Origin: Candidatus Fervidifonticultor sextus
Lineage (GTDB): Bacteria > Sysuimicrobiota > Sysuimicrobiia > Sysuimicrobiales > Humicultoraceae
DNA: 64,000 nucleotides
Direction of reading: 5' to 3'
Assembly: GCA_031459875.1 (NCBI GenBank)
Contig: JAVKHQ010000015.1
Location: 1 to 64,000, forward strand
Shown here: in pieces, positions 47,423 through 56,544 of the stretch
How the letters are laid out: every line of letters starts with the position of its first letter
Numbering within the stretch: the first letter of the stretch is position 1
Notes under the pieces: generated by a model
Told to the model about the DNA's origin: nothing
The model's input: only the letters and a program-made list of their open reading frames with translations
Databases searched by the model: none
Translations under genes and position numbers: made by a program

Positions 47423-47914
47423 GTGGACCCGGGACGGCAGAGCATCCAGATACTGGTCGGCGTCTTCCTGACCGTCGTCCTGGCCGCGGGTCCCTCGTCC
47501 TCCGCTTCATTCGCCGTCGAACCCGGGAAACGAATCGGCCCTGTGACCATCGGGATGGCCGAGCACGAGGTCCTTGCCGCCGTCGGCGGAGGTATGCGAC
47601 CGGCTCCGGGGCCGGCTCCCGACGTGCTCGAGATCCCGGCTCACGGGTTGACGGTGTGGTTCTCTACCGGGCGCGTGATCCGTATCCGTACGACCAACAC
47701 GGCCCACAAGACGCCATCGGGCTACGGCCCCGGCGACGGAAACTGGGCCGGGGCGAGGCAGGCCTCGTGCAACGGTGGGGTGAGTGAGGCCAGTGCCGTC
47801 CACGTGACGGCGGCAGGGTTCGAGATCCGGTGCCCGTTCGCGGGGCTGGTCCTGGAGGTCTCAAGGGGTCGGATCGTTGGTCTGGTAGTGCTCCCCAGCG
47901 AAAGGCTGCGGTAG
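47423..47914 (+). CDS. Exported hypothetical protein
   Basis: Signal-like N-terminus, VEPGKRIGPVTIGM, KTPSGYGPG; first gene after the riboswitch. Confidence 0.65.
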   Translation: MDPGRQSIQILVGVFLTVVLAAGPSSSASFAVEPGKRIGPVTIGMAEHEVLAAVGGGMRPAPGPAPDVLEIPAHGLTVWFSTGRVIRIRTTNTAHKTPSGYGPGDGNWAGARQASCNGGVSEASAVHVTAAGFEIRCPFAGLVLEVSRGRIVGLVVLPSERLR

Positions 47915-47982
47915 CAGGGCGCGGCGCCGTCTACGACCGGTCTGCGGCGCCCTGGGATGCAGGTCTCGAGGAGGCGAGGACG

Positions 47983-48702
47983 ATGACGCGTGACGCACTG
48001 CTCTTCTTGCTGGTCATGACCCTCGGGCTGGCGATCCCGGTGATTGCCCAGCAACACCTGATGCCGCCGACCCAGATTCAGCCGGGGCAGGAGATCGCGG
48101 CCGTCCGCCTGGGGCAGTCGGCCGCCTCGGTCCTCAACCGCCTCGGGCCCCCCGCCGAGACGCGGGCGATGCCGGACGGGACCCTGTACGCCTTTCCGCG
48201 CTACGGCATCAACGTGTACGTGACGGACGGCGTCGTTCGTGCGGTCTCCACCACGAACGGCCTCATGCGAACCGGAGAGGCGATCGCGGTCGGCGCCGCC
48301 GTCGGCGAGGTGCGCCGCGTCTTCGGGGCGCAGTTCGTGGATGCCGTGGTGGAAGGCCTGATGGGTATGGCCTACGATCAGCACGGCATCGCCTTCGGCC
48401 TGGACGGCGCGGTCGTTTCGATCATCCTCGTCTATCCGCCGAAGGTCCGATCCGCCGCCCCGGCGGCGCCGGCGGCCTCCGACGCTCCTGCGGCCGTACT
48501 GGCGGCGGCCTCCCCGGTCCAGGTGGACCCGGGCCTCGTGGTCGTGCCCCGGGTGGACCAGCTCAAGCCCTTCTCCCCCGAGACGTACTACATGTCGGTT
48601 CCCGGCTTCCTGCGCTACGTGGTTCGCCAGCAGACCGGCGCGTGGCTGACGCAGGCGGAGGCGGTGCGGATGCTCCAGGACCAGCGCCGGCTTCGGCTCT
48701 GA
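47983..48702 (+). CDS. Exported hypothetical protein (probable paralogue of the upstream gene)
   Basis: Signal peptide, IQPGQEIAAVRLGQ, RTGEAIAVGA; SD GAGGAGG. Confidence 0.75.
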   Translation: MTRDALLFLLVMTLGLAIPVIAQQHLMPPTQIQPGQEIAAVRLGQSAASVLNRLGPPAETRAMPDGTLYAFPRYGINVYVTDGVVRAVSTTNGLMRTGEAIAVGAAVGEVRRVFGAQFVDAVVEGLMGMAYDQHGIAFGLDGAVVSIILVYPPKVRSAAPAAPAASDAPAAVLAAASPVQVDPGLVVVPRVDQLKPFSPETYYMSVPGFLRYVVRQQTGAWLTQAEAVRMLQDQRRLRL

Positions 48703-48729
48703 GGCGGAAGGGTCGGCCGGGCAGGAGAA

Positions 48730-48758
48730 GGAGCCCGGGCGAATCGCGCCCGGGCTCC
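48730..48758. terminator. Probable bidirectional terminator hairpin
   Basis: GGAGCCCGGGC/GCCCGGGCTCC 11-bp stem between convergent genes. Confidence 0.65.
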
Positions 48759-48783
48759 CGCTTGTTTCGTGGACAGCCTGGCG

Positions 48784-48990
48784 TTAGCCGATCGGACGGA
48801 CTCCAGTCGCCTGCGGGCCCTTCTGCCCCTGCGTCTGCGTGTACTCGACCTTCTGCCCCTCGACGAGGGACTTGTAGCCTTCGCCCTCGATGCCGCTGAA
48901 GTGCACGAACAGGTCCTTCGACCCGTCCTCCGGGGTGATGAAGCCATACCCCTTCTCGCTGCTGAACCACTTGACGGTTCCTGTTGCCAT
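48784..48990 (-). CDS. Cold-shock protein (CspA family)
   Basis: [39 protein letters not shown]. Confidence 0.96.
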   Translation of the reverse strand: MATGTVKWFSSEKGYGFITPEDGSKDLFVHFSGIEGEGYKSLVEGQKVEYTQTQGQKGPQATGVRPIG

Positions 48991-49151
48991 GCTTGTTGCC
49001 ACCTTTACCTGCAGGCTACCACAGACATCGAACTCTTCTGCGATGCCCGCGCATTATCTCACGGATCGACCGAAAACACAAGGGCAACGCGCGTCCTCCC
49101 GGACTACGGGCCCGGTTCAACGGGCATACACCGTGGCGGGGTCGGGTAGCC

Positions 49152-49892
49152 ATGGTTCCTCTCTGGCGGTCAGCCCGCCGAAAAGGCATCGAGCGCCGTG
49201 CCCTCCCACGGATCCCGCTGGCGGTCCCGGTTCGGTATGCGACGGATCAGGGTCAAACGGGTGTCGGCGTCCTGATCGACGTCCACGAGCAGGGCGCCGG
49301 CCTGCTGGTCCCCACCATCTTGCCCGACGTGTTCCACGTCTGGGTCCAGTTTCTGTGGTTCGATGATCAGATGGGCGTCCAGGGACGGGTCGCCTACGTG
49401 CGGGAGACCCCGGACGGCTTCCGCGTCGGCCTGCAGTTACAGCATGTCGGTGGACGGAGCGTCCGGTTCATCACCGACTACCTGATTCCCTTCGGGCTGC
49501 GCAAGTTCCGGTACGACCGCCGGCATCCGTTGGCGTTCCTGGAAGCGCTCTCTGCGAAGCGGCGGGAGGCGACGGTGCGGCACCGCCGGCGCTACCTCCC
49601 GGTCCTCGTGGAGCAGGGAGGGATCAAGACCTGGGCCGTGACCGAGGATCGGAACGAGCAGGGCGCGGTGCTCCTCCTGCCGCAGGCGCCAGAGAGGGGT
49701 CTGCCCCTGACGGTCTCGACGTGGGGCAGCTTCTTCACCCGGTCGGGCCGGGCGGAGCGCCTGGAACCCGTCGATCTCCCCCCGGTCCGCCTCTACCGCG
49801 TCGTGGTGCGCTTCGACGAGGGGTCGGGAGAACACGCCACTCGCCCGCCGGCTGAGGCCCGGCCAGGGGCTACTTCGGATACCACTTTCTAA
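49152..49892 (+). CDS. PilZ domain protein (tandem, second domain degenerate)
   Basis: ERRALPR (RxxxR) and DVHEQG; second unit RHRRRY..EDRNEQG. Confidence 0.72.
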   Translation: MVPLWRSARRKGIERRALPRIPLAVPVRYATDQGQTGVGVLIDVHEQGAGLLVPTILPDVFHVWVQFLWFDDQMGVQGRVAYVRETPDGFRVGLQLQHVGGRSVRFITDYLIPFGLRKFRYDRRHPLAFLEALSAKRREATVRHRRRYLPVLVEQGGIKTWAVTEDRNEQGAVLLLPQAPERGLPLTVSTWGSFFTRSGRAERLEPVDLPPVRLYRVVVRFDEGSGEHATRPPAEARPGATSDTTF

Positions 49893-50448
49893 GCCAGTCC
49901 CGCAGCATGGCAGCCTCGCGGCCCTCCACCGCAACGACCGTCTGCGCCAGCGCGCGGAGTTCCTGCCGGTTGGCCCTGGTGGCCGCCACCTTCGCCAGCG
50001 CCACGCTGTGGTCGAGGTGTGCGGCGATGAGCGGCAGGTAGGCGCGCTCCAGGGACGCGCCGCTCAGCCCGCGCATCTTCTTGACGGGGTCCGTGACCAC
50101 GTTGGCGTTGCGCTTCCCGGGCGAGGCGCCCGCCTCCTGGAGCCAAGCGAGCATCTGCCGGACCTGGGCGCTCTTGCGGTCGATCATCACCTGGTTCCAG
50201 CGCAGGAGTTCCGGATGGTCGGCGTTCAGGGTGGCAGCCATGGCGATCTCGATGGCCTCTTCGTGGACGGGGATGAGCTCGCGCATGAAGGCCGCATCAA
50301 ACGCAGGCCCGTTGAGGCGGGACAACGCGGCAACGGTCGGGTGCGGCGTGGGCGGGGGCACGGGTGACGGTCCGGCTCCCGCCGAATGGGCCAGCATCGC
50401 TGTAACCGCGGCGATGAGGACGGAAATCACGAATCGGATTCGTGCCAT
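49870..50448 (-). CDS. DUF305 family exported ferritin-like protein
   Basis: Signal peptide, FDAAFMRELIP.HEEAIE.A helical repeats ending W..KWY. Confidence 0.78.
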   Translation of the reverse strand: MARIRFVISVLIAAVTAMLAHSAGAGPSPVPPPTPHPTVAALSRLNGPAFDAAFMRELIPVHEEAIEIAMAATLNADHPELLRWNQVMIDRKSAQVRQMLAWLQEAGASPGKRNANVVTDPVKKMRGLSGASLERAYLPLIAAHLDHSVALAKVAATRANRQELRALAQTVVAVEGREAAMLRDWLRKWYPK

Positions 50449-50506
50449 AGACGCACCTCGCGGCGGTGGGTTGTCTCGTGTCGAGGATGCCCCTTCGGGT
50501 GATTCT

Positions 50507-50522
50507 TGCCCAGGTCCGACTC
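50507..50522 (-). repeat. 16-bp promoter-region motif, copy 2
   Basis: TGCCCAGGTCCGACTC, reverse complement of 47236-47251, 58 nt upstream of the DUF305 ATG. Confidence 0.6.
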
Positions 50523-50752
50523 TCTCGAGAACCCCCCCGGGCTTCCGACGGTGCCGCTTCCAGTGGGCCATGCTTGGGCGTGGGCGAGGACCACGCGCCT
50601 CGCGGCACTCGTGGCGCTCTGCGTCGCCGGCCTCATCCTCCTGGATTCCAGGTCGAGAGGCGCAAACGGTGCCTGTCAAACCCGAAGCACTCCTTGAGCC
50701 CGGATGCGGAGTAGCGGAGCTCCCCCTGTCGGGACACCACCGTCGCCCGGGC

Positions 50753-52492
50753 TCACCCGGCCTTCTTGAGGCGCCGACGGTACATGTCCAGGATCTCCTT
50801 CACCGTCGTCGCTTCGGTCGGGCTCTTGTCCTCGCGGACGCGGGTGAAGCGCGGGAACCGGATCGCCAGGCCGCTGCCCCGGCGGACGGCGTCCCATCCG
50901 GCGGTGTGCACGGGGCTGAGGGTGATCTCGGCGCCGATGACCTCGTAGACCACGGCGGGTTCCAGCCAGACGTCGGGGGTCATCCGGCTGTCCACGCGCG
51001 GATGCCGGTCGGGGCGGACGTAGGGCCGCAGCGTCTTGGGCAGGGACTCCAGGAACTCGTCGGTGAAACCCGATCCCAGTTTGCATACGGTCGGGAATCT
51101 CTCGGTCTTGGGATCATAGGCGGCCATCAGCAGCGCGCCGTAGGTCCCGCCGCGCCGGCCCCGGCCGTGGAAGGCCCCGACGGGGACCAGGTCCACCGCG
51201 TCGGTCATCTCGCTGCGGTACTCCCGCTTGAGTTTGATCCACAGCCAGCCCCTGGCGCCCGCCTGGTAGACGCCGCCGGTCGCCTTGCAGATGAGGCCCT
51301 CGCAGCCGTCCTGGACGGCCTGTTCGAACATCTCCTCCAGCTCCGGCACCGACGCCACCTCCCGGAAGACCGCCAGGCGGATCCGGTCGCCTTGCCGGAT
51401 GACGCGCTCCAGCGCCCGGTGGCGCTGCTGGTAGGGTTGCTCGGTGAGGTCCTTCCCGTTCACGTAGAGCGCGTCGAAGGCGTACAGCGCCGTGGGAATC
51501 TGCGCCATGACTTCTTCAATCCCGTACTTGCGGCGGCGGTGCATCAGTTCCTGGAAGGGCAGCAGGTCGCCGCTGGCCGCGTCGATGGCCACGACCTCGC
51601 CCTCCAGAATGGCGTCCCGCGCACTGACCGCGCGCCGCACCAGATCCACGATATCGGGATACTGGGGCGTGATCTTCTCCAGCCGACGCGAGAACAGATC
51701 CACCTGCCCGCCGCGCTTGTGGATCTGGAGGCGCTCCCCGTCGTACTTGTACTCGGCGATGCACCGGCCGCCGAGTTTGTGGAGGATCTCGTGGGGATCG
51801 CCCAGGCGCTCCGCCAGCATGGGACGGATGGGTTTCCCGACGACGACGTGGACCCTCCGGATCGCGGCCAGCCCGCCGGATGCCACGGTGTCGGCCACGT
51901 AGCCCAGGTCCGAGGTCAGGTTGTAGGCCCGCTCCAGGTCGTGGCGGGCCGCCTTCCCGCCGGCAAAGACTGTGGCCAGGGCGTCCAGCACCGTCATGTC
52001 GCCCACGCCGAGGCGCAATTTCCCGGTGACGGTACGGACCAGGTACTTTGCCTCAAGGGGGGTGGCCTGCGTGAGCAATGCCGCGATACTCTCCAACTTG
52101 ACGGCCTGCGCGCCTTTGCCGGCGGCTCGGGCCGTCCGGTCGAGTGCCCGGTAGACCTCGTCCACGGTCAGCGTGGGGCGCCGCTCCTTTGCCCTGGCCA
52201 GCAGCGCCTGCGCTACCAGCCCGAGGTCGCCCTCCTTCGCCAGGTGGCGCTCAACGGTCTGCGCCGCCTCGCCGGTCGCCTGCGCCAGGGCGCGTACCGC
52301 CAGCTTCTCGGCCACGCCGATCTCGATCCCCTCGAAGTCGGGGTAGAGCTTCCCCTGGGTCAGGTAGGTGACACGGCCGATCAGGCCTCTGGGCGTCTGC
52401 CGGAACAGATCGGCCAGCAGATCGGTCATCCTGAGGCGGGAGGCGACGGCCTCGATCCTCGAATAGGCTTCGGCGAGCACCTCGTACTTCAT
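50753..52492 (-). CDS. lig: ATP-dependent DNA ligase with N-terminal DNA-binding domain (archaeal/ligase I type)
   Basis: PMLAER, EYKYDGER motif I, LEGE, EGLICK, YQAGARGWLWIKLK, RFPRF.R.R.DK. Confidence 0.93.
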   Translation of the reverse strand: MKYEVLAEAYSRIEAVASRLRMTDLLADLFRQTPRGLIGRVTYLTQGKLYPDFEGIEIGVAEKLAVRALAQATGEAAQTVERHLAKEGDLGLVAQALLARAKERRPTLTVDEVYRALDRTARAAGKGAQAVKLESIAALLTQATPLEAKYLVRTVTGKLRLGVGDMTVLDALATVFAGGKAARHDLERAYNLTSDLGYVADTVASGGLAAIRRVHVVVGKPIRPMLAERLGDPHEILHKLGGRCIAEYKYDGERLQIHKRGGQVDLFSRRLEKITPQYPDIVDLVRRAVSARDAILEGEVVAIDAASGDLLPFQELMHRRRKYGIEEVMAQIPTALYAFDALYVNGKDLTEQPYQQRHRALERVIRQGDRIRLAVFREVASVPELEEMFEQAVQDGCEGLICKATGGVYQAGARGWLWIKLKREYRSEMTDAVDLVPVGAFHGRGRRGGTYGALLMAAYDPKTERFPTVCKLGSGFTDEFLESLPKTLRPYVRPDRHPRVDSRMTPDVWLEPAVVYEVIGAEITLSPVHTAGWDAVRRGSGLAIRFPRFTRVREDKSPTEATTVKEILDMYRRRLKKAG

Positions 52493-52645
52493 GGAACCTC
52501 AATGGACCAATTCAGACGAGGAGGATCAACTCCTGCCGCGCGCATCGCCGTACCGGCACCACGCAGGCGATGGGAAGGTGCGCGGCGTAGAGGGAGCATC
52601 AGGGGATTCTAAGAGCCCGGCGGCAGCAGCCGGACACACCGGCGC

Positions 52646-54787
52646 GTGGATCAGTCCCTTCTCCCGTTCTTTCGCCCGCGCGGCATCGTGCTGGTGGGCG
52701 CGTCGCGCGACCCCTCCAAACTGGGCTACGGCGTCGCGCAGAACCTCGTCCGCTGCGGCTTTCCCGGCGCGGTTCACTTCGTAAATCCGCGGGGCGGCCG
52801 GCTGTTCGACCGGCCCGTGTACGCTGACCTCTCCCTCGTGCCCGATCCGGTGGACCTGGCGGTGCTGGTCATCCCGGCGCCCGCCGTCCCCGACGCCCTG
52901 CGCGCCTGCAGCCGCCGCGGCGTGCGCGCCGCCGTTGTCCTCTCGGGAGGGTTCCGCGAGACCGGCCCGGCCGGCGCGGCACTCGAGGCCGAATGCGCGC
53001 GGATCGCCCGCGAGTCCGGCATCCGGCTGCTGGGGCCGAACTGCGTCGGCCTGATTGACACGCACCTGCCGCTGGATGCGACGTTCCTGCCGCCTCCAGG
53101 CCCGCCGGCGGGCGATGTGGCCTTCATCTCGCACTCGGGCGCGATCTGTGCCGCGGTCACCGACTGGGCCAGCGGGCAGGGGTTTGGCCTCTCGTACCTG
53201 ATCAGTCTCGGCAACCAGGCGGACGTGACCGAGACCGACATGCTGGAGGCGGTCGCCGAGGACCCCCACACGCGCGTGATCACGCTCTATCTGGAAGGAG
53301 TGGAGACTGGCCGTCGCTTCGTGGAGGTGGCGGGTCGCATCGCGCGGGATACCCCCATCGTCGTCCTCAAGGTCGGGCGGTCCGCCGCGGGGCGGCGGGC
53401 CGTGGTCTCGCATACCGGCGCGCTGGCCCGGCAGGAAGCGGCCTATGCCGCCGCGTTCCGCCGCGCCGGCGTGATCCAGGCAGAGACCGGCGAGGAGGTG
53501 GTGGACTGGGCGCGGGCCCTGGCGTGGTGTCCGCTGCCGGCAGGACGCGCGATGGCCGTGCTTACCAACGCCGGCGGGCCGGGGGTCATGGCGGCCGATG
53601 CCCTCGAAGCCTGTGGGCTGACCCTGGCCGACCTCCAGGACGACACCCGCGCCACGTTACGCGCCATGCTTCCTCCCGCTGCGGCGGTGCACAATCCCGT
53701 GGACATCCTCGCCTCCGCCTCCCCTGCGCTGTACGCCGACTGTCTCCGGGTCGTGCTGAGCGACCCCGACGTGCACGGGGTCCTGGTCATCCTCCCGCCG
53801 CCGCCGCGGGATCCGGCCGAGTCGGTGGCCGAGGCGATCATTCCGGTGATCCGGCGCACGGCCAAGCCGGTCGTCGTCGCCCTGATGGGTGAGCACGCGA
53901 TCCGGGCCGCATCGGACCGCCTGCGCGCCGCGCGCATCCCGGACTACCCGTTTCCAGAGCGGGCGGCATCGGCGCTGGCGGTCCTGGTCCGACGGGTCGA
54001 GACGCTGGCCCGCCCGCAGCTGCCTCCTGCGGCGTTCGACGACATTCGGGCGGAGGCCGTCCGACGAGTCCTGGCGGATACGCCGAGAGGTACGGAGGGA
54101 TTCCTCGCCTCCCACGACGCCGGGCGCGTCCTGCATCTCGCCGGAATTCCCGTCCCGCGGGGCGGCCTGGCCCGGACGCCGGAAGACGCCGCCGCCCTCG
54201 CCGGGGAGATTGGGTTCCCGGTGGTCCTCAAGGTGGCCTCCCCCGACATTCCCCACAAGTCCGACGTGGGCGGGGTGCTGCTGGACGTGCGGGACGACGC
54301 CGGGGTGGCAGAAGGCGCTGCGGCCCTGCTGGCACGGGTCCGGACCGCCCGGCCCCAGGCACGGATTCTCGGTGTGTCTGTGGAACACATGCTCCCCCCG
54401 GGCCAGGACGTGATCGTCGGGGCGGTCCAGGACCCGCAGTTTGGAGCACTGGTGATGTTCGGCTCCGGCGGAGTGGAGGTTGAGGGCCTCGGCGACGTGG
54501 CCTTCGCCCTGGCGCCGCTCTCGCGCCAGGACGCCGAAGATCTGCTGGAACGGACCTGGGCGGGACGCCGGCTGCGCGGCTACCGCAGCCTGCCGCCTGC
54601 CGACCGCGACGCCGTCATTGAGGTCGTGCTCCGCGTGGCGCACCTGGCCTCGGTGTGTCCGGAACTCGCCGAGGTCGAAATCAACCCGCTCCGGGTGCTG
54701 CCCGAGGGCCGAGGGGCGGTGGCCGCCGACGTGCGCCTCAGGGTCGGTAGAGGAGGTAGGGGGCCCGCAGTTCCAGGAAGCGCCTGA
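52646..54787 (+). CDS. Acetate--CoA ligase (ADP-forming) family protein, fused alpha/beta
   Basis: GASRDPSKLG, LGPNCVG, SLGNQADV, SHTGAL, TNAGGPG, NPVD, HKSDVGGV, EINPL. Confidence 0.9.
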   Translation: MDQSLLPFFRPRGIVLVGASRDPSKLGYGVAQNLVRCGFPGAVHFVNPRGGRLFDRPVYADLSLVPDPVDLAVLVIPAPAVPDALRACSRRGVRAAVVLSGGFRETGPAGAALEAECARIARESGIRLLGPNCVGLIDTHLPLDATFLPPPGPPAGDVAFISHSGAICAAVTDWASGQGFGLSYLISLGNQADVTETDMLEAVAEDPHTRVITLYLEGVETGRRFVEVAGRIARDTPIVVLKVGRSAAGRRAVVSHTGALARQEAAYAAAFRRAGVIQAETGEEVVDWARALAWCPLPAGRAMAVLTNAGGPGVMAADALEACGLTLADLQDDTRATLRAMLPPAAAVHNPVDILASASPALYADCLRVVLSDPDVHGVLVILPPPPRDPAESVAEAIIPVIRRTAKPVVVALMGEHAIRAASDRLRAARIPDYPFPERAASALAVLVRRVETLARPQLPPAAFDDIRAEAVRRVLADTPRGTEGFLASHDAGRVLHLAGIPVPRGGLARTPEDAAALAGEIGFPVVLKVASPDIPHKSDVGGVLLDVRDDAGVAEGAAALLARVRTARPQARILGVSVEHMLPPGQDVIVGAVQDPQFGALVMFGSGGVEVEGLGDVAFALAPLSRQDAEDLLERTWAGRRLRGYRSLPPADRDAVIEVVLRVAHLASVCPELAEVEINPLRVLPEGRGAVAADVRLRVGRGGRGPAVPGSA

Positions 54788-55976
54788 GGTCCGGTTGCCA
54801 GCGCGCGACGATGGCCGCGGCCGACTCGCCGCGGATGAGCGCCAGCCGGAGGTCCTTCGTCCCCCAGACCAGATCGAACAGGTACGGTCCCCGCCGCGGG
54901 CGCGTGAACGTCAGGCGGTCTCCGTACACCTGCCGGATCTCCGCCAAGATATAGACGATGGTCGTCGACGGGCGGAAGGCCGCCGGATCGGTGACGTGCA
55001 GCCGGACGCCGTACCAGACCCTGCCGGTCCGAGGGTGAGGGACCGCTGACGGCGTGAAGCGGACTCCCGGCAGACGGTGTCCGTTGAGCCGCCCGGCCAG
55101 CGTCGGGCCATCGATCCACGGCGCCAGGACGACCCGGAATCGCGACTCGGTGGCCACGCCGTTCCAGAGGTTCGTGCCGTCCACCGGGCCGGTCGCAGCG
55201 TAGTAGAAGGGCGCATCGGGGCTGGTGATCCCCGGCGACGGGTTGACCCAGGGGAGCCCCGTGTCCTCCCAGGTCATTCCCCTGGTCCACCCTTGCATGG
55301 GGATGACAGTCAGCTTGGCGCCGATGCCGAACCGGTCGTTGTAGAGCTGCGCGAGCTCGCCCAGCGTCATCCCGAAGACGTAGGGGACGGGGTACATCCC
55401 GATGAACGAGCGGAACGGCGGCTCCAGCACCGGACCGTCGATGAGATGGCCTCCGAGAGGGTTGGGCCGGTCGAGTATCACGACGGGTTTGCCGGCTCGC
55501 CTGGCGGCGGCCATGACCAGCGCCATGGTTGACGCATAGGTGTAGGGCCGCACGCCGACATCCTGGAGGTCGACCACCAGCACATCGAGGCGCGCCAGCA
55601 TCTGCCGCGTCGGTTCCAGCGTCCGGCCGTACAGGCTGTAGACCGGTGTCCGGCCGGGGATCGTCGGCACCAGCTGGCCGGCGTCGTACGTGCCGTCGAG
55701 GCCGTGTTCGGGAGCGAAGAGGGCTGTCAGTTGGATGCCCGGCGCACGGGCCAGCACCTCGGCGGTCGGCCGGCCGTCGGCGGTGATGCCGGACCGGTGG
55801 GTGACCAGTCCGACGCGTTTGCCCTTCAGGGCCGCGGGATCGGCGAGCAGGGTGTCGATCCCCGGACTGACGGGCAGAGACCTGGCCGCAGCCGGTGGGA
55901 CCCCAAGGGTCTGCGGGAGCAGGAGGACGAGCAGGAGGGGCCAGAGGGCGCGATGACGGTGCGAAGCGGCTCCCAT
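54738..55976 (-). CDS. namZ: Exo-beta-N-acetylmuramidase NamZ (DUF1343) family
   Basis: Signal peptide, LFAPEHG, SLYG, DLQDVGVR.YTY, LDRPNPLGG, GMTLGELA, PSP. Confidence 0.85.
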   Translation of the reverse strand: MGAASHRHRALWPLLLVLLLPQTLGVPPAAARSLPVSPGIDTLLADPAALKGKRVGLVTHRSGITADGRPTAEVLARAPGIQLTALFAPEHGLDGTYDAGQLVPTIPGRTPVYSLYGRTLEPTRQMLARLDVLVVDLQDVGVRPYTYASTMALVMAAARRAGKPVVILDRPNPLGGHLIDGPVLEPPFRSFIGMYPVPYVFGMTLGELAQLYNDRFGIGAKLTVIPMQGWTRGMTWEDTGLPWVNPSPGITSPDAPFYYAATGPVDGTNLWNGVATESRFRVVLAPWIDGPTLAGRLNGHRLPGVRFTPSAVPHPRTGRVWYGVRLHVTDPAAFRPSTTIVYILAEIRQVYGDRLTFTRPRRGPYLFDLVWGTKDLRLALIRGESAAAIVARWQPDLRRFLELRAPYLLYRP

Positions 55977-56027
55977 ATTGGAAGATTGGTTTCACTCGAG
56001 CCGGGAGGCCTCCTTGTGACTCGGGCG

Positions 56028-56351
56028 CTACTCTCCCGGCGGGCTGTAGGCGACCGACTTCTTCGCCGCCTGGTCGATCTCTTCAGGCGTCAGCAGCACC
56101 GTCGTCTTGTAGTGTGAGACCGAGCCGCTGGCAGAGATCGTCAGCGCAGCCGCGGCGGCGCTGGCATGATCCGGCAGGTCAAGGATGGCCACCACGTCGG
56201 TGTCCCCGAAGGTGTAGTAGAACGCTTCCAGTTTGCCGCCCAGACTCGACGCGGTCTCGTGCAGTACGGCCCGGCGCTTCGAGCCCCCGTCCTTCCGCAG
56301 TCCCTTGGTGCCTTCGAGGCTGTACGACGCCTGCACGAGATACTTCGCCAT
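56028..56351 (-). CDS. GYD domain protein
   Basis: MAKYL..ASY..EG..G, LGGKLEAFYYTFG..DV, YSPPG; SD GGAGG. Confidence 0.85.
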   Translation of the reverse strand: MAKYLVQASYSLEGTKGLRKDGGSKRRAVLHETASSLGGKLEAFYYTFGDTDVVAILDLPDHASAAAAALTISASGSVSHYKTTVLLTPEEIDQAAKKSVAYSPPGE

Positions 56352-56544
56352 GGTCCACCTCCGCGCGGATTTCTCGACCTTCGTAGTGCGTGACGCAGTG
56401 CGCGAGCGCCGACGATGAGAAGGGATGGAACTGTTCCCCGCCGTACCTACCATCTCCTGCTTGGTCTGTCATCCGTAGAGGGCTTCGCCGCCTCGCCGCA
56501 TAAGTGTTCACATGCAGTCTATCCTGCCAAGGTGAGGAGCACCC

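Noticed and set aside
50506..50714. Small ORFs between DUF305 and the ligase
   Set aside because: No RBS or motif and only one short hydrophobic stretch; insufficient support.
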